A stretch of 64,000 nucleotides of DNA from the NCBI GenBank assembly GCA_963713045.1, contig CAVQKE010000004.1, forward strand, positions 1,024,001-1,088,000, given 5' to 3'. Position 1 is the stretch's first letter. Every line of letters starts with the position of its first letter. Source of the DNA: an uncultured delta proteobacterium. Lineage in GTDB: Bacteria > Myxococcota > Myxococcia > Myxococcales > Myxococcaceae. A model generated the notes under the pieces. That model saw only the letters and a program-made list of their open reading frames with translations. It was not told where the DNA came from and did no database searches. The position numbers and the translations under genes are program-made. Of this stretch, positions 1 through 9,928 are shown in pieces.

Positions 1-456
1 GAAATTCACCGGCTTCGCCAGCGGATGCAGGCGGAAGTCGCCGGAGAGACGGCGGGCGAGTTGGACCCCAAGGCCGGGCATGGCGGCCTGGTGGACGTGG
101 AATTCGCCACCCAATATTTGCAGCTTCTGCACGGGGGAACGGTACCGGCCGTGCGCGGGACCAACACCCTGCGCGCCGTGGAGGCCCTGCAGGCCGCGGG
201 CCTTTTGACGCCGCAAGACGCGCTCGCCCTGCGCAGCGGCTACCTGTTCCACCGGCGGGTGGAAAACCGGCTGCGGCTGGTGCACGGACGGGCGTTGACG
301 AAGCTACCCACCAGCGGGCCTCCGCTGGCACTGTTGGCCCGACGGCTGGGGCATGGCGGTAATGACCCCGGGGGGGCCTTTCTCGCCGCCTACCGCCGGC
401 AAGCCGAGGCCGTCCGGAAGGTGTACCACCGTGTGCTGCTGGGAGGGTCGTGCTAA
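1..456 (+). CDS. glnE: Glutamine synthetase adenylyltransferase/adenylyl-removing enzyme, C-terminal part (5' end outside window)
   Basis: DPKAGHGGLVDVEFATQYLQL and GYLFHRRVENRLRL match the GlnE C-terminal motifs; frame is open from position 1. Confidence 0.88.
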   Translation, partial: EIHRLRQRMQAEVAGETAGELDPKAGHGGLVDVEFATQYLQLLHGGTVPAVRGTNTLRAVEALQAAGLLTPQDALALRSGYLFHRRVENRLRLVHGRALTKLPTSGPPLALLARRLGHGGNDPGGAFLAAYRRQAEAVRKVYHRVLLGGSC

Positions 457-483
457 CACCTGCGCGCTGACGGCGAACTGCCC

Positions 484-2556
484 TTGGAACCTGTCCACGT
501 CCTGGTCGTCGACGATGACCGCCACGTCCAGCGGATGTTGGGCGACGCGCTGCGGGGCGCTGGCTTCAGTGTCACCATTGAGAGGGATGGCGAATCCGCC
601 CTGAAGGCCTTTGAGGAGCGGGCCTTCGACGTGGTGGTGTTGGACGTGCTGTTGCCGCTGCTCAACGGCTACGAAGTCGCCAGACGCATCAAGTCCACCC
701 CGGCCGGCGCGCGGGTGCCGGTGCTGATGATTTCCGGCATCTACAAGTCTCGGCTGCAGGCGCAGGAGGCGGTGGAGCGCCACGGCGCGGCGGCCTTTGT
801 CGAGAAGCCTTTCAAGTTGGGGGCCCTCTTCGAGAAGCTGCGCGACGTCCTGCAGGAGCGCTACCCCACCCCACCGCCGCCACCTCCACCCGTCGTCGAG
901 CCCCCCAAAGGGGACCCGCTGGCCGACCCCCGGGCCCGGGCCGAAGCAGCGCAGGTGGAGTCGGCGCCGGCGCCCACCGCCGGGGCCCGGGGCGACTTTT
1001 CCGAGGCCCCCTTTGCCGAGGTGCTGGCTGGGCTGCACCGGCAAGGCGCCACCGGCGCACTTCTTCTCCGGCGGGAGAAGGTGAAGAAAATTATTTACTT
1101 CCGCCAAGGGGTGCCGGTCAGCGTGAAGAGCAACCGGCTGGGGGAATGCCTCGGCCGGGTGATGGTGCGCGAGGGCATGTTGTCCGAGGCGGACTGCGAA
1201 CGCTCGCTGGAGCGGATGAAGTCCGCCGGGCGTCAGCAGGGCACCGTCCTCATCGAGATGGGCGTCATCAGCCCCCACAACCTGCGCTACGCCCTGGACT
1301 TGCAGCTGCGCCTCAAACTGATGGACGTCTTCTCCTGGCAGTCGGGCGAATGGCAATTCAACCAGGCGGCGCAGGCCCCAGCGGACACCGTGCGGCTGGA
1401 GTTGTCCCCGGCGGCCATCATCCATGAGGGCGTCCGGCGCGGGTTTGACGAGGCGCGCGTCCAGGCGCGCCTGGGCGACGTCTCGGAGCGCACCGTGTGG
1501 CCCACCGAGGACCCCCTGTTCGCCGGCCAGGACATGGGCCTCGGCGAGGAGGAGCTGCAGCTGCTGGCCAGGATGGATGGCAGCCGGACGGTGGCCGAGC
1601 TGCGCGCGCTGGCGCTTTTGCCCCCGCTGGAGACCGACCGCCTGCTGTACGCGCTGCTGGCCGCGCAGATGGTGGAGCTGCGCACCAGCCGCCGCGATGT
1701 GCCCCCTCCGGCTTCGGGAGCGGCGCCGGCCGACGCGTCCAGCAGGGAGGCCGTCACCGAGGAAATTCCGCAAGGCGGCGACGACGGCGAGGAGCCGCTC
1801 GAGTTGAAGGATGAAGTGACGGAGGATGAGGACGGTGCGCAGCGCGAGCGGCTGCTTGGCACCCTGGCCGCGATGAAGCGGATGGACTTCTTTGAATTGT
1901 TGGGCGTCCGCTCCGATGCGCCAGCCGAGGAGGTGCGCCGCGCCCACCGCGAGTTGGTGCGCGAGTACCACCTGGACAAATTCGTCGCCTCCTCCAGCGG
2001 CGAGGTGCAGAAGCTGGCGGCCTCCATTCAGGAGCTTCTCGGAAAGGCCCGGGACGCGCTGGTGGACGCCGGAGCACGGGCCGAATACCGCAGCCAGCTG
2101 GGCTCGGGGGGAGTGCGCCACGAGGTGGGCGAAGCGGTGGGGCGGATGCTGCAGGCCGAGAGCACCTTTCGTCGCGGCCAGCAGCTGCTCTCTTCGGGGG
2201 ACGTGCCCGGAGCACGGGCCCTTTTCGAGGAGGCGGTGCAGCTGCAGCCGGAGGAGGGGGAGTTTGTGGCCTACCTCGGCTGGGCCCGCTTCCAGCAGTC
2301 GCCGGGCGTCAATGAAGAGGCACAAATTTCCCGCGCCGCCCTGGAGCGGGCTGTCCAGCTGAGCCCGACGCTGGAGAAGGCCCACCTCTTCCTCGGCCAC
2401 GTCCTCAAGGCGCTGGGCCGGGCCGAGGAGGCCACCCGGGCCTTCGAAAGGGCGCTGGAGTGCAACCCCTCCAGCGGCGACGCGCTGCGGGAGCTCTCCA
2501 TTTTGTCTTGGGCAGTCCGGCTGCAAGGGGGCAGGGACAAGCGCGGGGGGCTTTGA
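484..2556 (+). CDS. Response regulator with receiver, DUF4388-like, J-like and TPR domains
   Basis: N-terminal REC (VLVVDDD, DVLLP, FVEKPF), Pro linker, GDFSEAPFAEVL...TGAL DUF4388-type segment, DFFELLGV...EYHLDKF J-like domain, C-terminal TPRs. Confidence 0.85.
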   Translation: MEPVHVLVVDDDRHVQRMLGDALRGAGFSVTIERDGESALKAFEERAFDVVVLDVLLPLLNGYEVARRIKSTPAGARVPVLMISGIYKSRLQAQEAVERHGAAAFVEKPFKLGALFEKLRDVLQERYPTPPPPPPPVVEPPKGDPLADPRARAEAAQVESAPAPTAGARGDFSEAPFAEVLAGLHRQGATGALLLRREKVKKIIYFRQGVPVSVKSNRLGECLGRVMVREGMLSEADCERSLERMKSAGRQQGTVLIEMGVISPHNLRYALDLQLRLKLMDVFSWQSGEWQFNQAAQAPADTVRLELSPAAIIHEGVRRGFDEARVQARLGDVSERTVWPTEDPLFAGQDMGLGEEELQLLARMDGSRTVAELRALALLPPLETDRLLYALLAAQMVELRTSRRDVPPPASGAAPADASSREAVTEEIPQGGDDGEEPLELKDEVTEDEDGAQRERLLGTLAAMKRMDFFELLGVRSDAPAEEVRRAHRELVREYHLDKFVASSSGEVQKLAASIQELLGKARDALVDAGARAEYRSQLGSGGVRHEVGEAVGRMLQAESTFRRGQQLLSSGDVPGARALFEEAVQLQPEEGEFVAYLGWARFQQSPGVNEEAQISRAALERAVQLSPTLEKAHLFLGHVLKALGRAEEATRAFERALECNPSSGDALRELSILSWAVRLQGGRDKRGGL

Positions 2557-2591
2557 CTTTGGGGGCCAGCGCCTGCTGAAACCCTTTCCCG

Positions 2592-3539
2592 ATGAGTTCC
2601 ACCTCCTCCAAAGTCCTCACCGCGGACCGCATTTGGCTCGATGGCAAGCTGGTGCCCTGGGCGGAGGGGCAGGTGCCGGTGATGACGCACGCCCTGCACT
2701 ACGGGCTGGGCGTCTTTGAGGGCATCCGCGCCTACGCCACCGCCGACGGACGGCTGGCCATTTTCCGTCTGCGAGACCACCTGCGCCGCTTCTTCGACTC
2801 GGCGCACATTGTCCAATTGAATATGCCGTGGAGCGAAGACGCGGTGGGCGAGGCTTGCCTGCAGCTGCTGCGGGCCCAGGCCGAGCGCTTCAAGGGCGGC
2901 GCCTACCTGCGCCCGATTGCCTTCATGGGCGACGGGGCGATGGGGCTGGGGGCCACCAACCCCACCCGGCTGGCCATCACCGCCTGGGACTGGGGCGCCT
3001 ACCTCGGCGAGAAGGGCATGCGCGAGGGCATTCGCGCCAAGGTGAGCAGCTTTTGCCGCACCCCAGTCAACACCGGCATGGCGCGGGGGAAAATTACCGG
3101 GCAGTACGTCAATTCCATTTTGGCCAAGCGCGAAGCGGTGCAGGCCGGCTACGACGAAGCCATTCTGCTGGACACCGCGGGGCTGGTGGCCGAGGCCTCC
3201 GGAGAAAACGTCTTTCTCCTCAACCAGGAGGGCTGGGTGAAGACGCCCCCCCTGTCCTCCCCCATTCTCGACGGCATTACCCGTAGGACCGCCATTGCCC
3301 TGTTGCGCGAGCAGGGCCACACGGTGGAGGAAGTCACCTTCACCCGGGACGCGCTGTACTTGGCCCGCGAAGTCTTCTTCACCGGCACCGCCGCGGAAAT
3401 TACCCCGGTGCGCGAAGTGGACAACCGCGCGGTGGGGACCGGCCGCGCCGGGCCGGTGGTGAAAGCCCTGCAAGACGTCTTCTTCCGCAGCGTGCGCGGA
3501 CAGACGCCGCAGTCGGCCGAGTGGCTGACCTACGTTTGA
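2592..3539 (+). CDS. ilvE: Branched-chain amino acid aminotransferase
   Basis: THALHYGLGVFEGIRAY, GKITGQYVNS, EASGENVF, ILDGITR, FFTGTAAEITP (PLP fold type IV). Confidence 0.95.
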   Translation: MSSTSSKVLTADRIWLDGKLVPWAEGQVPVMTHALHYGLGVFEGIRAYATADGRLAIFRLRDHLRRFFDSAHIVQLNMPWSEDAVGEACLQLLRAQAERFKGGAYLRPIAFMGDGAMGLGATNPTRLAITAWDWGAYLGEKGMREGIRAKVSSFCRTPVNTGMARGKITGQYVNSILAKREAVQAGYDEAILLDTAGLVAEASGENVFLLNQEGWVKTPPLSSPILDGITRRTAIALLREQGHTVEEVTFTRDALYLAREVFFTGTAAEITPVREVDNRAVGTGRAGPVVKALQDVFFRSVRGQTPQSAEWLTYV

Positions 3540-5440
3540 AGTGGGCGGCGCCGGGGCGCTGGACGGCCGAACGCGCCCGCGTCCTCCTCCGGGCCCTGTT
3601 GGCGGCGGTCGCCCTTGTCGTGACAGGCGAGGTGTTTTGGGCGGCGGTGCACCACCTCGGCCCGGACAGCAGCGGCCTGGAGACGTTTAACTCCGACGCG
3701 GCCATCCCCATCCTCATGGCCAACCAGGGGCAGTGGGGACTACAAGAGGCCTACTACGCCGGGCAGGACCGCTTCGGGGCGTGGCCCTTCTGGCTGGCCC
3801 ATGTGCTGGGCAACCTGCTGCACCGTCCGGTGACGCCCCAGCTGTTTTTCCTTTTGGCCACCGCCTTCCTCGCCTCGGGCGTCGTGCCGGCGATGCTGCT
3901 GTGTCGCCGGGCCCCTGGGCTGGCCGCCCTGGCCTACGCCATTGCCCTCCTCGCCCCAGAAACGCGAGGCGCCGTCTTCTGGTTCCAGCCCTACCCCTGG
4001 CAAATTTCCCTTCTCCTCTGGGCCTGGTGGGTCCTCCGTCGGGCCTGGGCGGCAAAGGCCCCCCTCCGTCGGGCCGGCTGGCTGGCCTGCGCCACCGTCC
4101 TGTCATTCCTCGCCACCTGGACGTCGCCATTAAGCGGCCCGCTGCTGCTGGCGCTGACGGTGGTGGAGGGCCAAGGGGCCAAGGCGCAGCGCGCCGCTCA
4201 GCCGTCCTGGCGTCTGTTGCTTCTACTGTCGCCGGCGCTGTTGGCCATGGTGGCGGAGGTGGCCCTGCGGCTGGCCTACCGCGCCAGCGTCCTGGCGCGT
4301 TTCCACGAATTGGGCGTCACCCACTTTGAGGTGGACAGCGGCCACCTGTTGGCCAACGCGGGCCAGGTTTGGCTCCGGCTGGGTGAGGCGCCGCGGCCAC
4401 TGCTTGCCCTCCTCGTCCTGACGGGCGCCGGCTGCCTCCTCCTCGCCCGCCGCCTGCGGGCTGGCGCGGCGCTGTGCTTCAGCCCGCTGGGGTGCACGCT
4501 CCTCGGTGCAGGGCTTCTTGCCCTGCTGCCGCTGCCGGTGCTGGTGGCCGTCCGCCACGTGCGCTTCAGCGAGTACCTTCCGCGCTACTTCACGCTGACG
4601 CATGTCTTCGCGCTTTTCGGCGCCCTGCTGGTGCTGACGGCCTGGCTGCCTTCGCGGCTGCCGGGTTGGCCCGCGGTGGCCGCCCTGGCGGCGGGGACAG
4701 CGGCCTTGGGGTTTTTGGCCCAAGCGCTTCGGCCAACCGACGCTGTCAATCCGGACTACGCCCGGCTTCAAGCCACCGCGCAGCAGCTGGCCCAGCGCGC
4801 GCCCGGTGCGCTGCTTCTGGACGGCTACTGGGGGACATACGTCTACGCCGCCCTGGCGCCGCCGGGGCAGCTGCGGCCGCTGCCCCGCTCCGGAGAATGG
4901 AATCGGCTCCCGGCCCTGGAGGCGCAGCTGGCCCAGGCGCACCAGGTGCTGGTGGGCCACCAGTCATTCTTGGCCAAGCAGCCGGGCTTGGAACCGCCCT
5001 GGCTTTTCCAGTACGGCGTGCTGCTGGTGCGCGAGGAGGCCAACTTCTTCTCGGACGGCGTGGACACCTTCTCCAGCTACCGCCCCACCGCCGTACAAGC
5101 GCTGCGCTTTTCAGCCCAGCCACCGCTGGAAGGCCGCCACCTCGAGCAAGGCGCGGTGCAAGCCACGCTTCAGCTGGAAGCGCCCGCCTCCGCGACGGCG
5201 GTGGTGGTGGAGTTGTCCTGCCAAACCCTCGAAGCGCTGCCGCGGGCTTGGGCCGAGGGCCCGGGCGAAGCCCGTCTTCCGGTGGAGGTGCGGGCGGTGC
5301 CGGGCGCCGTCTTCCTTCTTCTGCCCGAAAATGCCTTGGCCCAGCTGCTGCACCTAGTATTTGCGCCGCAGCGCTGCCGGGTGCGGGCGGTGTGCTGGTT
5401 TGTCCCGCCGCCCGGACGGCCCTGGGGACTGGCGCGCTGA
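3521..5440 (+). CDS. Polytopic membrane protein, possibly GT-C-fold glycosyltransferase-like
   Basis: About 10 hydrophobic segments; acidic loop NSDAAIPILMA..YYAGQDRFG after the first TM; C-terminal soluble domain with GYWGTY; start uncertain. Confidence 0.55.
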   Translation: MADLRLKWAAPGRWTAERARVLLRALLAAVALVVTGEVFWAAVHHLGPDSSGLETFNSDAAIPILMANQGQWGLQEAYYAGQDRFGAWPFWLAHVLGNLLHRPVTPQLFFLLATAFLASGVVPAMLLCRRAPGLAALAYAIALLAPETRGAVFWFQPYPWQISLLLWAWWVLRRAWAAKAPLRRAGWLACATVLSFLATWTSPLSGPLLLALTVVEGQGAKAQRAAQPSWRLLLLLSPALLAMVAEVALRLAYRASVLARFHELGVTHFEVDSGHLLANAGQVWLRLGEAPRPLLALLVLTGAGCLLLARRLRAGAALCFSPLGCTLLGAGLLALLPLPVLVAVRHVRFSEYLPRYFTLTHVFALFGALLVLTAWLPSRLPGWPAVAALAAGTAALGFLAQALRPTDAVNPDYARLQATAQQLAQRAPGALLLDGYWGTYVYAALAPPGQLRPLPRSGEWNRLPALEAQLAQAHQVLVGHQSFLAKQPGLEPPWLFQYGVLLVREEANFFSDGVDTFSSYRPTAVQALRFSAQPPLEGRHLEQGAVQATLQLEAPASATAVVVELSCQTLEALPRAWAEGPGEARLPVEVRAVPGAVFLLLPENALAQLLHLVFAPQRCRVRAVCWFVPPPGRPWGLAR

Positions 5441-5560
5441 AAGGGCGGTCTGCACCTTTTGGCGGACAGCACGCTTGCGGTGGCGCGCGGTGGCTGCCTA
5501 TTCTCCGCCGCCCGTTCGAGAAGCGGCCTTTGGCTTCCGACTCGTGCGCGCCCCAGCCCC

Positions 5561-6391
5561 GTGAAAGAGCGTTACCAGGAAATCGACGACAAGAACGAGT
5601 CGTTACGTGAACTGTTCGCCCAGCATTCCAAGGCGCGGGAGTTTCTCGACCGCTTTGAAATGTCCTGGGTGTACCACGACAACGCGCTGGAGGGCGTCGT
5701 CTACGCCCCACCGGAGCTGCAGGCGGCGCTGCACCCAGAGGGGCCGCCGGACGCGTCCATGGTGCCGGCGGTGCTGGACATCCGCAACCAGAAGGCCGCC
5801 ATCGACTACATCCGCGAGGAGGCCAAGTCCGCCGGCCGAAAGCAGTCAGCGGTGTCGATGGCCGTCCTGAAGCGCATCCACGACTTGCTGCTGGGCAACA
5901 CGCCCGAGGCGCTGGCGGCCCGGGCGGCAGCCGAGCGCCGCGAGCGCACCGAGAAGGAACTGAACAAAGAAAGAGACCGGGCCGGGCTGCGCCGCGACAT
6001 GCCGCTGCACCGCACCTATTTCCACGACATCGCCCAGCCGGCGAAGATTCCCGCCCTTCTCGAAAAACTGGTGGAGTTCACCGGCTCGACCGAATTCCGC
6101 GAGTACCATCCCATCAAGCAGGCGGCGACCTTTCAGTTTCAATTCCTCCAAATTTTCCCCTTCAGCGAGCACTCGGGAAAAGTCGGCCGCATGGCCAGTA
6201 ACCTGTTGTTGCAGCGCCACGGCTACCTGCCCTGCGTCATCCACTCCATCGACCGCCAGCGGTATTACGAAGCCTTTCGCGGTACGCCGTCCACCTTCCG
6301 CACCCTCCTCATGGACGCCATGGAGAACTCGCTCGACAACGGGCTGAAGTTTTTCCGCGACCAGGCCCGCCACTACCGCGCGATTAACTGA
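5561..6391 (+). CDS. Fic-domain protein with degenerate catalytic motif
   Basis: GTG start at 5561 (VKERYQE); YHDNALEG and FPFSEHSGKVGR in the positions of the Fic inhibitory and HPFxDGNGRxxR motifs. Confidence 0.8.
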   Translation: MKERYQEIDDKNESLRELFAQHSKAREFLDRFEMSWVYHDNALEGVVYAPPELQAALHPEGPPDASMVPAVLDIRNQKAAIDYIREEAKSAGRKQSAVSMAVLKRIHDLLLGNTPEALAARAAAERRERTEKELNKERDRAGLRRDMPLHRTYFHDIAQPAKIPALLEKLVEFTGSTEFREYHPIKQAATFQFQFLQIFPFSEHSGKVGRMASNLLLQRHGYLPCVIHSIDRQRYYEAFRGTPSTFRTLLMDAMENSLDNGLKFFRDQARHYRAIN

Positions 6392-6509
6392 CGGCTCGGC
6401 CTCTCCCCCGCCGGCGAGCGACGCAGCTCCCAACGGGGCCCCGACCGGCCCCCCGGGGCCCCCCTGGCCGCGGGCTCCCCTCGGGTACCTTGGGAAAATT
6501 CTCAAGACA

Positions 6510-7715
6510 ATGCGAGGGCTTGGCCCTTCGGCCGCTTCGCGTGCTGGAAACCCCCCCTGCAGAGCGCTATGGCAGAAGGCCCCGGCTTCCGGTTCCGGCA
6601 GCAAGAGGCCCGCACCCCCCATGCCGTCCACGCTGTCGAGCCGCACCAAGTCCGAAGAATCCCCGGAAGCTCCCCTGGGGGACATGCCGGCCCGGGACAA
6701 GCTGGAGGCCCTGGTTGAATTGGCCCACCAGCGCAAGCGGGCCCTCATCCTCACCCATGACAATCCGGACCCGGACAGCCTGGCCGCCGCCGTCGGGCTC
6801 GCCTTCCTGCTGCAGCGCAAGGGCGGCATCGAAGCCCATGCCGCCTACGGCGGCATCATCGGCCGCTCGGAAAACCTGGCGCTGGTGAAGGTGCTCCACC
6901 TGCCGGTGGTGCCCGTCAGCCAGGTGGTGTTTGACGAATATGACTTGCTGGGCCTGGTCGACACCCAGCCCCCCACCGGCAACCATTCCATCCCCGGCCG
7001 CTACCCGGTGGACATGGTGGTGGACCACCACCCCCTGCGCGATGAGAGTCTCCGGGCACCCTTCGCGGACGTCGGCGGGGACTTTGGAGCCACCTCCACC
7101 ATGGTGGTGCAGTACCTCCGGGCGGCGAGGCTTGAGCCGTCGGCGGAGTTGGCCACCGCCCTCTTCTACGGCATCAAGACAGACAGCCGGGACTTGGGGC
7201 GACAGACGACGCCCAGCGACGTGGAGGCCTACCTCTGGCTCTTCCCGCGCGTGGACAAACACTTGCTCGGCCGCATTGAGCATCCCGACCTCCCGGCCGA
7301 GTACTTCCGGCTGTACCACCTGGCCATCGAACGGGCGAAACTGTACGGGGACAGCGTCGTCGTCACCGACTTGAAGGACATTTACACCCCGGACATGGTG
7401 GCCGAGGTGGCCGAGCGCCTGATGAGTCTGGAAGGGATGAAGTGGTCGCTGGCCTACGGCACCTACCAGGGCAGCCTCTACGTCTCGCTGCGCGTGCGCG
7501 ACCGGCGGATGAATGCCGGACGGCTGATGCGCGAATTGTGTGAGAACCGCGGGGGCTCCGCCGGCGGCCACGGCAGCATGGCCGGGGCGCGCCTGCCCTT
7601 GCCGGCCTCTCGCGATGCCGCCGCGCGCCTCAAGCGCAAGCTGCTGCGGGACTTCCTGAAGGCCTTCGGCGTGACGGGCGAGCAGCCGCGTTCACTTCTG
7701 GCCGGCGAGGCGTAA
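6510..7715 (+). CDS. DHH/DHHA1 family phosphoesterase (NrnA-like)
   Basis: HDNPDPD, VDHH, YGIKTDS, GSAGGHGSMAG motifs; true start may be 6621 or 6684. Confidence 0.88.
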   Translation: MRGLGPSAASRAGNPPCRALWQKAPASGSGSKRPAPPMPSTLSSRTKSEESPEAPLGDMPARDKLEALVELAHQRKRALILTHDNPDPDSLAAAVGLAFLLQRKGGIEAHAAYGGIIGRSENLALVKVLHLPVVPVSQVVFDEYDLLGLVDTQPPTGNHSIPGRYPVDMVVDHHPLRDESLRAPFADVGGDFGATSTMVVQYLRAARLEPSAELATALFYGIKTDSRDLGRQTTPSDVEAYLWLFPRVDKHLLGRIEHPDLPAEYFRLYHLAIERAKLYGDSVVVTDLKDIYTPDMVAEVAERLMSLEGMKWSLAYGTYQGSLYVSLRVRDRRMNAGRLMRELCENRGGSAGGHGSMAGARLPLPASRDAAARLKRKLLRDFLKAFGVTGEQPRSLLAGEA

Positions 7716-7803
7716 GCGCCCTCGGGGCCTGCGCGCGCCCCCCAGGAGGGATTAGAGTGCGCGGCGCACAGCCCGTCCGGGCCAGTGCCCAAAGGCGACG
7801 CAC

Positions 7804-8952
7804 ATGGTGTACCTCGACCACAACGCCAGCACGCCGCTTCGTCCCGAGGTGGCAGACGCCCTGGCGCGCGCCTTTTCCTCCTGTGCCCCCGCCAACCCGA
7901 GCAGTGTGCACGCCGCTGGACGTGCCGCCCGCACCCGGCTGGACGGCGCCCGGGCCCGCGTGGCCCGCGCCCTTGGCTGCGAGCCGCGGGAAGTGGTGTT
8001 TACCGCCTCCGGCACGGAAGCCGACGCGCTGGCTGTGAAGGGCAGCTGGCTCGTCCGGCCCGAGCCCCGGCGCACCCGCGTGGTGACGTCCAGCGTGGAA
8101 CACCCAGCCATCCTCTTCGCCGCCCGGCAGCTGAAGGCCCTGGGGGCGGAGGTCACCGAAGTCCCCCCGGCCGCCGATGGGCACGTTCCAGCCGAGGCGA
8201 TGGCCGCGCAGCTCGGACCGGACGTCGCGCTCTGCTCGCTGATGTGGGCCAACAATGAGACCGGGGTCCTCCAGCCAGTGGCGGAGGTGGCGCGTGCCTG
8301 TCGCGCGGCGGGCATCCTCTTCCACACCGACGCCGTCCAAGCGGTGGGCAAGGTGGACGTCTCGCTGCGCCAGGTGGACGCCGACCTGCTTTCGCTGAGC
8401 GCCCACAAGTTTGGCGGCCCGCCAGGGACCGGCGTCCTTGTCGTCCGGCGCGGGGTGAAGCTGGACGCACTTTCCGCCGGCCACCAAGAGGCCGGCCGGC
8501 GAGGCGGTACCCCGTCGGTGGCCTTGGCCGAGGCGCTGGCCCTGGCGCTGGAGGCGGCCCACCGTGACTTGGCCGACACCGCCGCGCGGATGGGCGCGCT
8601 GCGCAACCGCTTCGAGCACGCGGTGAGGGAGCGGGCCAGCGGCGTCCAAGTCAACGGCACCGCCCCACGCGTGCCCAACACCAGCAACCTGCGCTTCGAC
8701 GGCATTGACGCCGAGGCGCTGCTGATTGCTCTGGACCTGGACGGCATTTGCGTCTCCACCGGGGCAGCCTGTGCCTCGGGCACGCTGCAGGCCAGCCACG
8801 TCCTCACCGCCATGGGACTGTCGGCCCAGCAGGCCCGTTCTAGCCTGCGGGTGTCCGTCGGCCTGGCGACGACGGCCGACGAGGTGGACTTGGCAGTGGA
8901 GGCCCTGGTCCGACATGTGACGCGCCTCGGCCTCGGCGCGGCCGCCGCCTAG
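7804..8952 (+). CDS. iscS: Cysteine desulfurase (group I, IscS/NifS family)
   Basis: YLDHNASTP, NNETG, HTDAVQ, SAHKFGGP, GAACASG. Confidence 0.88.
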   Translation: MVYLDHNASTPLRPEVADALARAFSSCAPANPSSVHAAGRAARTRLDGARARVARALGCEPREVVFTASGTEADALAVKGSWLVRPEPRRTRVVTSSVEHPAILFAARQLKALGAEVTEVPPAADGHVPAEAMAAQLGPDVALCSLMWANNETGVLQPVAEVARACRAAGILFHTDAVQAVGKVDVSLRQVDADLLSLSAHKFGGPPGTGVLVVRRGVKLDALSAGHQEAGRRGGTPSVALAEALALALEAAHRDLADTAARMGALRNRFEHAVRERASGVQVNGTAPRVPNTSNLRFDGIDAEALLIALDLDGICVSTGAACASGTLQASHVLTAMGLSAQQARSSLRVSVGLATTADEVDLAVEALVRHVTRLGLGAAAA

Positions 8953-8974
8953 GGAACAAAACCCAGCCCCTGTC

Positions 8975-9928
8975 CTACAACAGCGGAACTTCCTCGGTGG
9001 CCCCGAAGAGGCCGCGCACCAAGGCGGCAATGGCCAGGGGCGTCCCCACCCGCTCGTCGTAAAGGGACTCCAGCGCCCGGGCAAAGTCCGCCGCGGTGGC
9101 GAAGCGGCGAGCTGGGTCCGCGTCCAGCGCGCGGGCCATGGCGGCGTCCAGGGCCGCACCCGCTTCGGGGCGAGCCTCGCTGAGGGGCCGCCACCGGCCA
9201 CCCTCAATGGCGGCGAAAACGGACTCCGGGTCCCTGCCCTGGAAGGGACGTTGCAAGGTGAGCAATTCATACAGCATGACGGCCACCGCCCAGACGTCGG
9301 CGCCTTGCTGCACTTCGCCCTGCAGCACCTCGGGCGCGAGGTAGTACGGCTTTCCGGCCAGCTGCGCATCGCGTCCCCGGACGGTGCGCACCCGGGCGAT
9401 GCCAAAATCTCCCAGCTTCACCTCTCCCCCCCGGGAGATGAAGACGTTGGACGGCGAGACGTCGCAGTGCACCAGGCCGAGGGGCTCCCCGCGGGGTGAG
9501 CGCGCGTGGTGCGCGTAGTCCAGGGCCTCCAACAGGACGTGGGTCAGGTAGACGGCGAAGTCCACTGGCACCGGGATGTGGCGCTCGCGGCACTTCTTCA
9601 ACACCTGGGCCAGGTCCCGTCCGTCCACCCACTCCATGACGATGAAGCAGATGCCTTCGAAGAGGCCCACCTCCAACGTCTGGACAATGTGCGGGGAGTG
9701 CAGCGTCGTGGCCAGCTCTCCCTCCCGCGCGAAGCGCTGGACGTAGGTGGGCACCTGCGCCAACTCCGGAAGCAGTCGCTTCAGCGCCACCTGCTGGCCT
9801 GCCCACGGCCCGGCCAGCGTTCGCGCCCGCACCACCTCGGCCATGCCTCCGCGGCCAAGCGGGGCCAGGACTTCGTATTGGCCAAACACCCGCCCCGGCT
9901 GCCAGCCGGCCTGGGCAAACGGACTCAT
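8975..9928 (-). CDS. Hanks-type Ser/Thr protein kinase (catalytic domain only)
   Basis: GRGGMAEV, VALK, HCDVSPSN, DFG, YLAPE, DVWA. Confidence 0.92.
   Translation of the reverse strand: MSPFAQAGWQPGRVFGQYEVLAPLGRGGMAEVVRARTLAGPWAGQQVALKRLLPELAQVPTYVQRFAREGELATTLHSPHIVQTLEVGLFEGICFIVMEWVDGRDLAQVLKKCRERHIPVPVDFAVYLTHVLLEALDYAHHARSPRGEPLGLVHCDVSPSNVFISRGGEVKLGDFGIARVRTVRGRDAQLAGKPYYLAPEVLQGEVQQGADVWAVAVMLYELLTLQRPFQGRDPESVFAAIEGGRWRPLSEARPEAGAALDAAMARALDADPARRFATAADFARALESLYDERVGTPLAIAALVRGLFGATEEVPLL

Noticed and set aside
304..2526. 740-aa antisense ORF and many similar long overlapping ORFs (e.g. 11690-13096, 48364-50646, 56638-58914)
   Set aside because: Shadow ORFs typical of high-GC DNA, lying opposite or out of frame to genes with clear motifs
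6430..6490. GC-rich inverted repeats after the Fic gene
   Set aside because: No U-tract and low complexity; no function can be supported
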